DNA of 49,985 nt, taken from contig DAEN01000051.1 of the NCBI GenBank assembly GCA_002495315.1, positions 1 through 49,985 on the forward strand. Direction: 5' to 3'. The notes beneath the pieces were generated by a model that saw only the letters and a list, made by a program, of their open reading frames with translations, was not told the DNA's origin and ran no database searches. Source of the stretch: Thaumarchaeota archaeon UBA141 (lineage in GTDB: Archaea; Thermoproteota; Nitrososphaeria; Nitrososphaerales; UBA141). Position numbers and translations under genes: made by a program. Positions 9,408-18,788 of this stretch are shown in pieces (the first letter of the stretch is position 1; every line of letters begins with the position of its first letter).

Positions 9408-10396
9408 GTCTTCTCAGCTGACTGTTTTCTAATCGCCTTTGACACTGCAGTAATCTTCTCCGGTGAGATATCCAGGGGTAGTTCCCATTCTGTAGAGATG
9501 AAGAAAGAGCCCTTTAGTTTGAGGATATCTGAAATATTGTCGACCAAAAGGTTAGGAGAGGTTTCCAAATCTTGGTGAGAAATACAAGCTGCATAAGTTG
9601 TTGTCTCAGTTTTCTTATTGGTTATAGTACTGGCGATCTTATCAGCTGGAAAAATATTTCCAAGCGAAACCGCTGTTGCTCCTAATTCTAGTATCTTCAA
9701 TGATTCGTTGATGGATCTTGTCATGGTTACTACTATGGACGGAGTTTCATAGTGGTGAAGAACATTCCAAGCTGGTTGTATGATCTCTTTCAATTCGTTT
9801 GCAGGGAGTGTCGGAAGACGGTCATCCACAATGAGGAGGCCGTCTACACCCATATCGCAAAAGATTCTTTCTAGATCGAGTAAAACCTCCATCGCCAAGT
9901 CAAGCGATCTGGCCCGGATTCTGCTAGGAACGCTAGTAAGAGGTGAACCAAGTAGACTTTCTGCCAGCTTTGCTGGACCAGTAACTCCTGCAAGAACCGG
10001 TATCTCCTTGCTCTTGAGCGTTATTATGCGCTTCGTTGCTTCAATGACTACCGGGATTCTGCCTCTGTTGCTTACACCTTGTGGTTCAAAATCGCTGAGT
10101 TCTTGCGGTTTCTTTGAGTTTCCTAGCGTTGGGGGGCCACTACTCCAAAGTACCGGGAGTCCCAAAGCTTCAGCTTCAAGAGTAGTATCAAAATTAGTTA
10201 CGATCGCGTCATCCATAAAGAGGCGATGAGCCTTCTCTAGTGAAATAGCCAGGCTAGTTGGATCATGGAGTTGTTGCGTCACTGAAATTTGCATCAATTT
10301 CGAGGCGTAGGTGAAAACAAACGGGATGAATAGTGGGCGTTCTGTCTTCTCTCCTCTGACCATCTGCGCGAAGAGATCTCTTGGATGTTTGCTCAA
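9404..10396 (-). CDS. URO-D/MtaA (methylcobamide:CoM methyltransferase)-fold protein, apparently lacking Zn ligands
   Basis: Motifs FDTTLEAEALG, GRIPVVIEA and GVTGP. TTG start overlaps the stop of the ApcA-like gene. Confidence 0.7.
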   Translation of the reverse strand: MSKHPRDLFAQMVRGEKTERPLFIPFVFTYASKLMQISVTQQLHDPTSLAISLEKAHRLFMDDAIVTNFDTTLEAEALGLPVLWSSGPPTLGNSKKPQELSDFEPQGVSNRGRIPVVIEATKRIITLKSKEIPVLAGVTGPAKLAESLLGSPLTSVPSRIRARSLDLAMEVLLDLERIFCDMGVDGLLIVDDRLPTLPANELKEIIQPAWNVLHHYETPSIVVTMTRSINESLKILELGATAVSLGNIFPADKIASTITNKKTETTTYAACISHQDLETSPNLLVDNISDILKLKGSFFISTEWELPLDISPEKITAVSKAIRKQSAEKT

Positions 10397-12447
10397 TCTC
10401 CAAATGACCGCTTAATAATTCCATTACGGAACTCGTCAACTTCATAATTAAATCCCTCTTCAAGCACTAGAGTCATGTCTTCTCCCTCTACCAGAGCAGG
10501 CCCTTTGAGTATATTCCCAGGTTGGAGCCTTCTATTTTCATATACTGCAGTCTTTCTTAACCCATCGTTACTGTAAGAATCACGCCTTCCCTTGAGTGCA
10601 AGTCTGGGGTCTTTCCCGCTTTTCTGGTACGATCTTTGGATTTGGTCAGTATTAGATGCGGTCGCTTTCAGTGTAATATTTTCGATCCATAAAGCCCCAT
10701 CCTTGGTACCAATTTGTCTAAAGGCGCTTTGAGCGGCTTTGCACACAAGTCTAATTTCTTTTCTATTTCTTACGAAAAACACCGGCGAGAGGAAGCTTAC
10801 TGAGCGATTAGACTCTTCTGAAAAGATCTGCACCTCGACATCAAACTGGATGTTCTTCAGCGAGACACCTTCTCCTGTCATATCTGTAATTGCCTTGGTC
10901 TTCAAATTCTGCAGGGCAATGTTGAATTGATGGATATTGATCTTATTTTCTTGCAATTCCGCGTTATACTTGACTTCGTAATAATGTGTCACAGTCATAG
11001 TTGATGCGCCGAAAGCGCAGAAGACGGATGAGAATGGAAATGTCACGATCATAGGATCCTTGATTGGCTTCAAGAAACCACAGCAGTGAGTTGGTCCAGC
11101 ACCACCGTAGACCAGTATTGTGGGTTGAGCTATTTTCTGTTCCCTGCCCACCTCATTCGAAAGCGCTGTGGCCATTGTTGCGTCTACGGTTCTCTTGATT
11201 AGCGCTGCAGCTTCGATAACATCCAGGTTCAAAGGAAGGGCTATGTGTTCTTTGATCGCTAGAGCTGCCTTATTTCTATCCAACTTCATGCGCCCCCCTA
11301 GGAAATATTTTGGGTCTATGTAACCCAAAACCAAATCAGCGTCGGTTACGGTGGGTTCATAGCCACCTAGGTCAAAACAAGCCGGGCCAGGAATGGAGCC
11401 CGCGCTTCTTGGTCCTACTTTCAAAGCCGACTTCATTTTATCGTCTATTTCTGCAATTGAACTGCCACCGGCTCCAATCGATCTGACCGGAATCATCCGG
11501 AGACGAACAGGTAATCCACTGATGGTTACTTCTGAGGTGGGTCGAGAAGATCCATTGGAAATTCTACCAATATCAAAGCTAGTTCCTCCCATGTCTGATA
11601 CAACTGCTTCTTTTACTCCATAGAGCTTTGCTACACTCAAACCACCGAAAACTCCTGCCGCAGGGCCCGAACTGAATGTCTGGATGGCGCTGGTCTTTGC
11701 AACTCTGGAAAGTCCGCCATGACCATTTACGATCATTAGAGGTTTGTTATATCCTGCCTTATGGAGTTCGTCTTCTGCTTTGTATAGGTGTTTTACCATG
11801 TCCCTGTGAAGATAAGCGTTCACAACAGCAGTGTTGGTCTTTACAAAGTCTTCACGTATAGCTGCGAGCTGACTGGCTAGAAGTACTGGTACATGTCCGA
11901 GGTAATGTTTAGGAAATTCTTCGGCCACTAAGGCTGCTATCTTGTGTTCATGAACCGGTTTGAAGTAGCTATTTCGAAAGCTGACGACAATTCGAGCACC
12001 CACGTCAGCGAGTTCTTCAACAGCCTGTCGACATTCGTTGAGATCTATATTTTTGGTTATGCGTCCTGTGTGATCTATTGATTCCTTTACACCAATGACG
12101 TGATCTTTGTTTAAGAGGGTATCTGTAAGTGTGTCTGCATTTAGGTCCTGGGACTGATAAAGAGATTTTTCGAAACCTTTTGTTAGTATGAGCCCAACCT
12201 TGGGGCCGCTTTTCGTGATAATTGTGTTTGTTCCAATTGTAGTAGAATAGCGAATAATATCTGTCTGGGAGAGCATTTCGTTTAATGTACAACCAAATAG
12301 CTTCGCGCCTTCGGTAATGCAGCTGAGGAGGGATTCGGTTAGGTCATGGTGGGTAGTGAGGACCTTGGCGAACTTATTCTCATTATTCCCTGTAAAGTAT
12401 CCATCTGTGAAAGTCCCTCCCGTGTCCACATTGATAGTGAAGCCCAC
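10393..12447 (-). CDS. Hydantoinase A/oxoprolinase-family ATPase subunit, acetophenone carboxylase alpha (ApcA)-like
   Basis: Motifs VDTGGTFTDG, RYSTTIGTN, SDMGGTSFD, GPRSAGSIPGPACF and YGGAGPTH. Confidence 0.87.
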   Translation of the reverse strand: MGFTINVDTGGTFTDGYFTGNNENKFAKVLTTHHDLTESLLSCITEGAKLFGCTLNEMLSQTDIIRYSTTIGTNTIITKSGPKVGLILTKGFEKSLYQSQDLNADTLTDTLLNKDHVIGVKESIDHTGRITKNIDLNECRQAVEELADVGARIVVSFRNSYFKPVHEHKIAALVAEEFPKHYLGHVPVLLASQLAAIREDFVKTNTAVVNAYLHRDMVKHLYKAEDELHKAGYNKPLMIVNGHGGLSRVAKTSAIQTFSSGPAAGVFGGLSVAKLYGVKEAVVSDMGGTSFDIGRISNGSSRPTSEVTISGLPVRLRMIPVRSIGAGGSSIAEIDDKMKSALKVGPRSAGSIPGPACFDLGGYEPTVTDADLVLGYIDPKYFLGGRMKLDRNKAALAIKEHIALPLNLDVIEAAALIKRTVDATMATALSNEVGREQKIAQPTILVYGGAGPTHCCGFLKPIKDPMIVTFPFSSVFCAFGASTMTVTHYYEVKYNAELQENKINIHQFNIALQNLKTKAITDMTGEGVSLKNIQFDVEVQIFSEESNRSVSFLSPVFFVRNRKEIRLVCKAAQSAFRQIGTKDGALWIENITLKATASNTDQIQRSYQKSGKDPRLALKGRRDSYSNDGLRKTAVYENRRLQPGNILKGPALVEGEDMTLVLEEGFNYEVDEFRNGIIKRSFGD

Positions 12448-12601
12448 AGAGCCATTAACTCAAATTGCACTAAAAGAACTTACAGGAATATCTAGATCTA
12501 TTGCGGTGGCGGATCCCTTCTCCACAACATTATTATGACGTGTCACGTCATAATTATTTCCAGTACATGAAGGAATGGACGTATATCTGGTTGGCGATTG
12601 A

Positions 12602-12901
12602 TTGACAGACATTGATTCTAGCTCCGTAGAAGAACAGAATCGCATTTTCAGCCTGGAACAAAAGAGATTGTATGATCCTATGCCTGTATATGTTCCTCTG
12701 GATATTGATGCAGTGACGGTATGGAAGAAGACAGGCGAAGATGAGTACTTGGTTTGTGGGAAGTACGTAGGTCCGCACCGCATTGACGGACGTGTAGTTG
12801 GGCTTCAGTATAAACCACTGCCTTCTGACGAAGCCAGGATGGTGAGTCAAAACATAAAGGGGTTGAAGAAAGAATCTAGGTTGGAATTCCTCAGTGAATA
12901 A
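12602..12901 (+). CDS. Hypothetical protein (99 aa)
   Basis: Fills an intergenic gap without overlapping confident genes and has natural-looking composition; family not recognised. Confidence 0.55.
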   Translation: MTDIDSSSVEEQNRIFSLEQKRLYDPMPVYVPLDIDAVTVWKKTGEDEYLVCGKYVGPHRIDGRVVGLQYKPLPSDEARMVSQNIKGLKKESRLEFLSE

Positions 12902-13084
12902 CGGCTTTAGTTGGAAATTCTTTCCTGCAAGATAGGATCAGTTCGCGCTTTCCGGTATGCTGGGTTCTGATGGTGTTGTGTAATTGCATAGTTCGTAGCC
13001 TATGACTCACACTTAACGATGGACTAACCGCTAGAAACAACGCGCAGAACACGTTATATGCCACCGATTAACAGGTAATATGAT

Positions 13085-14182
13085 ATGACAATTAGATATC
13101 CGCGTGGTGATTGGAAGGGTGCAATTGAGGATTATCCATTGGACGAATACCCTGATTACGAAGCGGGCAAATCGCCAAGATTTGAAAAGATTACGACTAT
13201 AAGCCATCAAGACGAAGTCGAACGGAGTACCGGACAAAAATGGGGCGAGCAAGGAATGGGGAGGCTCAGGGAGGTAGCATTGGTGAGGCCGACAGAATAT
13301 GAACTGAATCCGCTTTTCCTTAAGAATCCTGAGTTCTTTATCATGAGATATTACTTAGTGACCGGGAACAAGCCCAACATGAAGTTGCTCTTGGAGCAGC
13401 ATGATGCGTATTCCAAGGTTCTGAAAGATAATGGAATCAAGGTCAGATATATGGAATATGAGGACAATTGGGGTGCATACGGCCCGTTAAGGAAACATTT
13501 CGTAGCCGCTCGTCTGGGATTCGTTCTAAAGGGAGGAGTAGTCATTAAGCGATGGGGCCACGGTTCATGGTGCAGGGGTATGGAATATCATGCTCAGAAA
13601 TTCTTTGCTGACATAGGTTGTCCAATACTCCTATTTCCCTCGGGAAGAGCTATCTTTGAGGATGCCTGGGTTTGGCCGGCGGAGAATGTGTTGGTGGGCA
13701 ACTATGGTATTGCATGCAATGAAGAAGCGATGGAGCAGCTCACTCCCGTCTTAAAGGCCAACGACGTAGATAATGTCGTCATGGGCAATTCCACAAGCGT
13801 TATGGATAACATGGAAGCCAGCGGGGACTTTCATACTGATGTCTTCCTTGGGATAGCAGATTTGGGTCTGGCCATGGTATATCCAGGTCAGCTGGACTAC
13901 AAGATATACACCTGGCTCAAGGAACATAACTTCAGGCTCATTGAGATACCTCCTGATGAGCAGAGGAATTGTCTCCCATCAAATGGGGTCCTCCTAGAAC
14001 CTGGGAAGATTATCATGTCCACCGAGGCAAAGAAGACCAACGCCATGCTTCGCAAAGAAGGCGTAGATGTGATAGAAGTGGACACCAACGGCCTTTCTCA
14101 GGGCGGATTTAATGGCCTTCGTTGTTGTACATGCAGACTCTTGAGAGACCAAGGTCCAGAACTTGGGGAAATACGACGTTAG
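13085..14182 (+). CDS. Pentein (amidinotransferase/arginine deiminase/DDAH-superfamily) hydrolase, paralogue 1
   Basis: Motifs WGxxGxGRLREVALVRP, FHTD, SNGVLLEPG and GGFNGLRC (catalytic His and Cys). Confidence 0.85.
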   Translation: MTIRYPRGDWKGAIEDYPLDEYPDYEAGKSPRFEKITTISHQDEVERSTGQKWGEQGMGRLREVALVRPTEYELNPLFLKNPEFFIMRYYLVTGNKPNMKLLLEQHDAYSKVLKDNGIKVRYMEYEDNWGAYGPLRKHFVAARLGFVLKGGVVIKRWGHGSWCRGMEYHAQKFFADIGCPILLFPSGRAIFEDAWVWPAENVLVGNYGIACNEEAMEQLTPVLKANDVDNVVMGNSTSVMDNMEASGDFHTDVFLGIADLGLAMVYPGQLDYKIYTWLKEHNFRLIEIPPDEQRNCLPSNGVLLEPGKIIMSTEAKKTNAMLRKEGVDVIEVDTNGLSQGGFNGLRCCTCRLLRDQGPELGEIRR

Positions 14183-14221
14183 GAATTTCTTCCCAAGACA
14201 CAGTACCTGATTGATCTGTCA

Positions 14222-15700
14222 CTAGCTGACGGGGTATAGCTGGGATCCAAGCTTCCTGGGCAGGTACTTGCCTGTGCCAGGTTTCCCTGTTATCTGTCCG
14301 TCTTCAAAGACTATGTTGCCTCTGAGGATGGTCATCACCGGCCATCCGGTCAACTCTCTTTCTCTGAAGAAGGCATTGAACTTGGACTGAATTGTTTCTT
14401 GTGTGACTTTCTTAGTCAGTTTCATATCTACTACTACTACATCTCCATCAGCTCCGGCGATCAGTGCCCCCTTTTTCGGGTAAAGGCCAGCTGCCCAAGC
14501 GGAGTTCTTACAACAGACTTCTACAGTTCTCTCCAGTGAGAGTCGTCCTTTGTTTACACCTTCGCTGAGCATTGAAGGTAGATGGGTTTGCATTCCTATG
14601 CCTCCTGCTCCTCTATATACTTCCATATCTTCTGTAACGAAACCTGGCCCGACATTATCGTCTGGCATGCTTGGTACGTGATCAGTCCCCATACAGAAGA
14701 TACCGCCGTCTCTCAATGCAGAAACGAGTTTATCGTTATTTGCTCTGTCTCTTATTGGTGGTGTCAACTTTCCATACATGCCAGGAGGGTCCTGGGTTTC
14801 ATCGATCCATAGATGCTGTGGGTTGGCTTCAGCGTATATCTCAGTGCCATCTGCTCGAGCTTTGAGTACTTGATCAACACCTTCCGCAGAATTGATGTGG
14901 ACCACATATAGTGGAGCACCAGTCATTTTTGCAAGATATGCATAGTTCCTAATGTGAATGGCCTCAAGCCAGCCAGGAGATATGGCACTCCAGCCAGCCA
15001 TATCGCCGCGTCCTTCTTTGAGGATCCGTTTGAAGAATATTCTTGCAATGAACGTGTTTTCTGCGTGAATGTGAGCCATACACGGAGGCCCCAATTTCCC
15101 AATGCTTTCAAAGCCTAGGTAGATCGTTCCATCATCAAAACCATCAGGTATTCCCAGACGTGACGCAAATAGTCCTAATCCTCTCCGTCTAGTAATTCTA
15201 TTGCCGCCCATGTACCCAAGATAAAACTTGTACGATGTTACTCCGTATTCTTTAGCATAGAATGGTATTTCGAGAGCTTGTTCATCAGTAGCTATTGCAA
15301 AATTGTAGAAGATGTCTATTAACGCGCCGTCTTCCACAGCCTTCTTGGCAGCAGGGAAGGTCTCTTTGTAGGAAACTTGTTTTGGAGGATCGTTACTCCA
15401 GCCACTTCCCATTCTACTACTCTTTATGATCGCTCCCATGGTGGTAGTGCCGCCAATTGTAGCGACACTGGACTCATTCATGATATCGGTGGCGAAGTCC
15501 CTCTTGCCAGGATGGGTATGAGGGTCAACTACTCCTGGCAGTATGTGTTTTCCTTCGACGTCGATTGTTCGATCTCCAACAGGTAAGTTTGGGTCTCCAG
15601 CGACTACGACTATTTTCCCTTCGTTAATAGCTACGCCTCCAGGAAAGACTCCTTCCGGAGTCACGATTCGGCCATTCTTTAAAACCAGTTCTACAGACAA
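14222..15700 (-). CDS. Cyclic amidohydrolase (dihydropyrimidinase/allantoinase/dihydroorotase family)
   Basis: Motifs PGVVDPHTH, SYKFY (carboxylated Lys), HAEN, VHI, GTDH and GLYPKKG. Start uncertain (TTG 15700 chosen; ORF track gives 15736). Confidence 0.88.
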   Translation of the reverse strand: MSVELVLKNGRIVTPEGVFPGGVAINEGKIVVVAGDPNLPVGDRTIDVEGKHILPGVVDPHTHPGKRDFATDIMNESSVATIGGTTTMGAIIKSSRMGSGWSNDPPKQVSYKETFPAAKKAVEDGALIDIFYNFAIATDEQALEIPFYAKEYGVTSYKFYLGYMGGNRITRRRGLGLFASRLGIPDGFDDGTIYLGFESIGKLGPPCMAHIHAENTFIARIFFKRILKEGRGDMAGWSAISPGWLEAIHIRNYAYLAKMTGAPLYVVHINSAEGVDQVLKARADGTEIYAEANPQHLWIDETQDPPGMYGKLTPPIRDRANNDKLVSALRDGGIFCMGTDHVPSMPDDNVGPGFVTEDMEVYRGAGGIGMQTHLPSMLSEGVNKGRLSLERTVEVCCKNSAWAAGLYPKKGALIAGADGDVVVVDMKLTKKVTQETIQSKFNAFFRERELTGWPVMTILRGNIVFEDGQITGKPGTGKYLPRKLGSQLYPVS

Positions 15701-15887
15701 TTCTGTATATCTGTCCAAGTACCTCCATTTAAGCACTAAGTGATAGTTTTGAATAACGGGAATGGATGTGCTTCAGACCCTTAGCTAGAAACGCAATTCT
15801 GATAGTGAGATAAAGTCATTTTTATGAACGAGATAGCGAATTCACGGATGGAGATACATATTAACAACTAGAAATGTTGTTGAAAAT

Positions 15888-16982
15888 ATGAATTTCAAGA
15901 TACCTCGATCTGAATACAAGGGGGATTTGGCAGATTATCCACTTGAAAACTATCCCGACTATGAGCCCGGATGTCCGCCGCGTTTTGAAAAGCTAGCTGA
16001 AATCGGTCATCTTGAAGAGGAAGAAAGGGTATGGGGACAGAAATGGGGTGAACAAGGCATAGGAAGATTGCGAGAAATCGCTTTGGTAAAACCTACCGAC
16101 TACGAGATTCAGCCACTTTTCAAGAAAGATCCAACATTCTTCATGCTTAGGCATCACCTGATGACTGGAAGCAAGCTCAGCATCGAAGCACTTCAACATC
16201 AACATGAAGATTACGCCAAATTAATGGAAGAAAACGGCGTAAAAGTTCGATATATGGAGTTTGAGGATTATTGGGGTGCCTATGGCCCATTGAGGAAACC
16301 GTACGTGGCCGCTCGTCTCGGAACGGCAGTGAAAGGGGGTGTGATTATCAAGCGATGGGGTCATGGATCATGGAGCAGAGGCTTGGAAAGACATGCCATG
16401 AAGTTCTTTCTTAGTATTAATTGCCCAATCTTGTTGTACCCTGCGGGCAAAGCTATCTTCGAGGGAACAATGGTATTTCCAGCGGAGAATGTTGCCATAG
16501 GTCATTACGGCCTAGCCTGCAACAGAGAGGCGATGGAACAGGTGAATCCTGTACTGAAGGCAGCAGGTTTTGAAGAGGTCGTCATGGGTCATAGCTCCAC
16601 CGTCATGGATAGCTATTCCGGTGGAGGGTATTATCACTCAGATCTGATAATGTCGATAGTTGACCTGGGACTTGCACTCGTCGTCCCATCACAGCTCGAT
16701 TGGGATGTTTACATGTGGCTCAAGGAACACAAATACAAATTGATTGAAGTACCTCCTGAGGAATTGCTCAGCTGCGTAGCCGTGAACGGGATGCCTCTGG
16801 GTGATAGGAAGATTGTAATGCCTAAAGCTGCTGTCAAGACTAACGCATTGCTCAGGAAAGAGGGAGTTGATGTAATCGAACTGGATACTTCGGGATTACA
16901 TGGTCTGATGATGGGAGGTCTACGTTGCATGACTATGAGACTATATCGGGAGCCAGGCCCAAGGCTCGAGGAGCTGAAGTGA
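15888..16982 (+). CDS. Pentein hydrolase, paralogue 2
   Basis: Collinear with 13085..14182; motifs YHSD and GGLRCMT. Confidence 0.85.
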   Translation: MNFKIPRSEYKGDLADYPLENYPDYEPGCPPRFEKLAEIGHLEEEERVWGQKWGEQGIGRLREIALVKPTDYEIQPLFKKDPTFFMLRHHLMTGSKLSIEALQHQHEDYAKLMEENGVKVRYMEFEDYWGAYGPLRKPYVAARLGTAVKGGVIIKRWGHGSWSRGLERHAMKFFLSINCPILLYPAGKAIFEGTMVFPAENVAIGHYGLACNREAMEQVNPVLKAAGFEEVVMGHSSTVMDSYSGGGYYHSDLIMSIVDLGLALVVPSQLDWDVYMWLKEHKYKLIEVPPEELLSCVAVNGMPLGDRKIVMPKAAVKTNALLRKEGVDVIELDTSGLHGLMMGGLRCMTMRLYREPGPRLEELK

Positions 16983-17049
16983 GTGGCAAGACTAAGCTGA
17001 GCTTTTTCTGGTTGCTCTAGACGCTTTCATTCCACAAGTATTGATTGCT

Positions 17050-18633
17050 TCACCAGAAAAACCTGACAGTCTCGTCCAGTGTTCTTTTCTGTCTAAGCTC
17101 TGTCTTCAATACCTTCCCTGTGGTGTTTCTAGGTATACGTGCAATGAACTCTATCTCTCTTGGTCCCTTGTATGGTGCAATGACTTCTCGAACCCTCTGT
17201 CGAAGTTCATTTGCTAATTCTAGACTTGGCTTGTATCCTGGTCGGAGTTCCACAAAGGCCTTGACAATATTGCCGCGCGTTTGATCCGGAATCCCAAGTA
17301 CGCAGGTCTTTTGGACTGAGGGCTGCATCTCTAACACTTCCTCGACTTCGCGAGGAGAGATGGAGTACCCGCTGCTCTTGAATAGATCATCTGTTCTTCC
17401 TTCGAACCAGAAGTGTCCTTCATTGTCTATGTGTGCAAGATCGCCTGTATAGTACCAGCCGTGTCTGAAGACTTGTTCTCTAAGTTCTGGCATGTTGACA
17501 TATTCTAGGAAAAGAGCTTGGTCGTCATCTTTCACTGCAAGGAATCCTGTTTTTCCTGTCGGAACTTCAAATCCTTGTTCATCTACGATCTGAACATCAT
17601 GTCCAGGAAGCGCTCGCCCAAACGATCCGGGTTTGATCTTCGAGCCTGGACTATTGCCGCAGAAAATGGAAAGTTCTGTCTGACCAAAGCCTTCTAGAAG
17701 CTCGGCATCAAACCTCTTGTTCCATTCTCTATAATCTGATTCTCTGAGCGATTCTGTCCCAGAGACACACCTCTTTAATGTAGGGAGTTTCAATTTTGGT
17801 TGTTCGGTTACCTGAGTGAGTAACCTGGCGAGGGCTGTCACAGTCTTGAGGACAGTGACTCCGTCTCTCTGGATGACGTTCAGGACATGTAATGCTGTAG
17901 TTTTCTCGTCATCAATTACCACTGTCGAACCAAAGTAGAGGGGAACTAGTAGACCAGCTCCAAATGCCTGTATGTGGCAGATCTCATGGGGACAGAGTAC
18001 AATGTCTGAGGTGGTTAGGCCAAGGAGGCTCTTGCCTACTGGATATCCTCCACCAGTGATCCATCTGTGAGCATGGACGATGCTTTTTGGTATACCCGTA
18101 GAACCCGACGAATGGAGGATGAAAGCAGGATCTTGTGAAGTAGTATTGAAAGCTTTGAAACCATCTAATTTTCTATTTCTCCAATCTTGATGTATCCAGT
18201 TGAAGATAAGCTCCTGATCGATGGATTGGGATTCCAAAGAGATCGATTTCCAAATGTTCACATGTTTTGAACAGGTTACTACGGCTCTTATGTTGCAGTT
18301 TTTCGCAACGTGGGTCAACTCTTTTCTTCGGAAGAGGATTGATGTAGGAACAGGAACTGCGCCTATTGCCATCCCAGCTAGTGTTCCAATTACATAGCCG
18401 GGGTGGTTACTGCCATGGAGGATGAATCGATCTCCTTTATGCAGACCCTTTTCTAGTAATGCGGCGGCAAATGCGCTGACCTGGCCCCAGAGATCGCTAT
18501 ACGTAATTTTCTTATTCTTGTAGAGCAGAGCTAGTTCTTCTTGGTGGGTACCATTCGCCCACCTGCCACATACTTGCTCCGCTATGTTCAGCCGGTTCTT
18601 GGCTGAGACTGGTTCAGAATAAGATTGTGACAT
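17050..18633 (-). CDS. Acyl-CoA synthetase (aryl/medium-chain CoA ligase family)
   Basis: Motifs HSSGSTGIPK, EGFGQTE, YTGD, GRTDDLFK and TTGK. Confidence 0.88.
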   Translation of the reverse strand: MSQSYSEPVSAKNRLNIAEQVCGRWANGTHQEELALLYKNKKITYSDLWGQVSAFAAALLEKGLHKGDRFILHGSNHPGYVIGTLAGMAIGAVPVPTSILFRRKELTHVAKNCNIRAVVTCSKHVNIWKSISLESQSIDQELIFNWIHQDWRNRKLDGFKAFNTTSQDPAFILHSSGSTGIPKSIVHAHRWITGGGYPVGKSLLGLTTSDIVLCPHEICHIQAFGAGLLVPLYFGSTVVIDDEKTTALHVLNVIQRDGVTVLKTVTALARLLTQVTEQPKLKLPTLKRCVSGTESLRESDYREWNKRFDAELLEGFGQTELSIFCGNSPGSKIKPGSFGRALPGHDVQIVDEQGFEVPTGKTGFLAVKDDDQALFLEYVNMPELREQVFRHGWYYTGDLAHIDNEGHFWFEGRTDDLFKSSGYSISPREVEEVLEMQPSVQKTCVLGIPDQTRGNIVKAFVELRPGYKPSLELANELRQRVREVIAPYKGPREIEFIARIPRNTTGKVLKTELRQKRTLDETVRFFW

Positions 18634-18788
18634 CAGCTTCCTCCAGTACTTCGCGTCTGTTTCATCGTAAGGTGAACGCTGGCAGTACTTATCTTCCGCG
18701 CCTAGTTAGTTTTTTTTCTGAGCGACATTCATCACGTAATAATCCCGTTATGACTGTACGTAGTGGTATATTTCTTGCCGTGATCCAG

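Noticed and set aside
9404..10396. Evidence for methylotrophic methanogenesis or pyrrolysine use from the MtaA-like gene
   Set aside because: Zn ligands appear absent, and there are no corrinoid, MttB/MtmB or pyl genes and no gene visibly split by an in-frame TAG.
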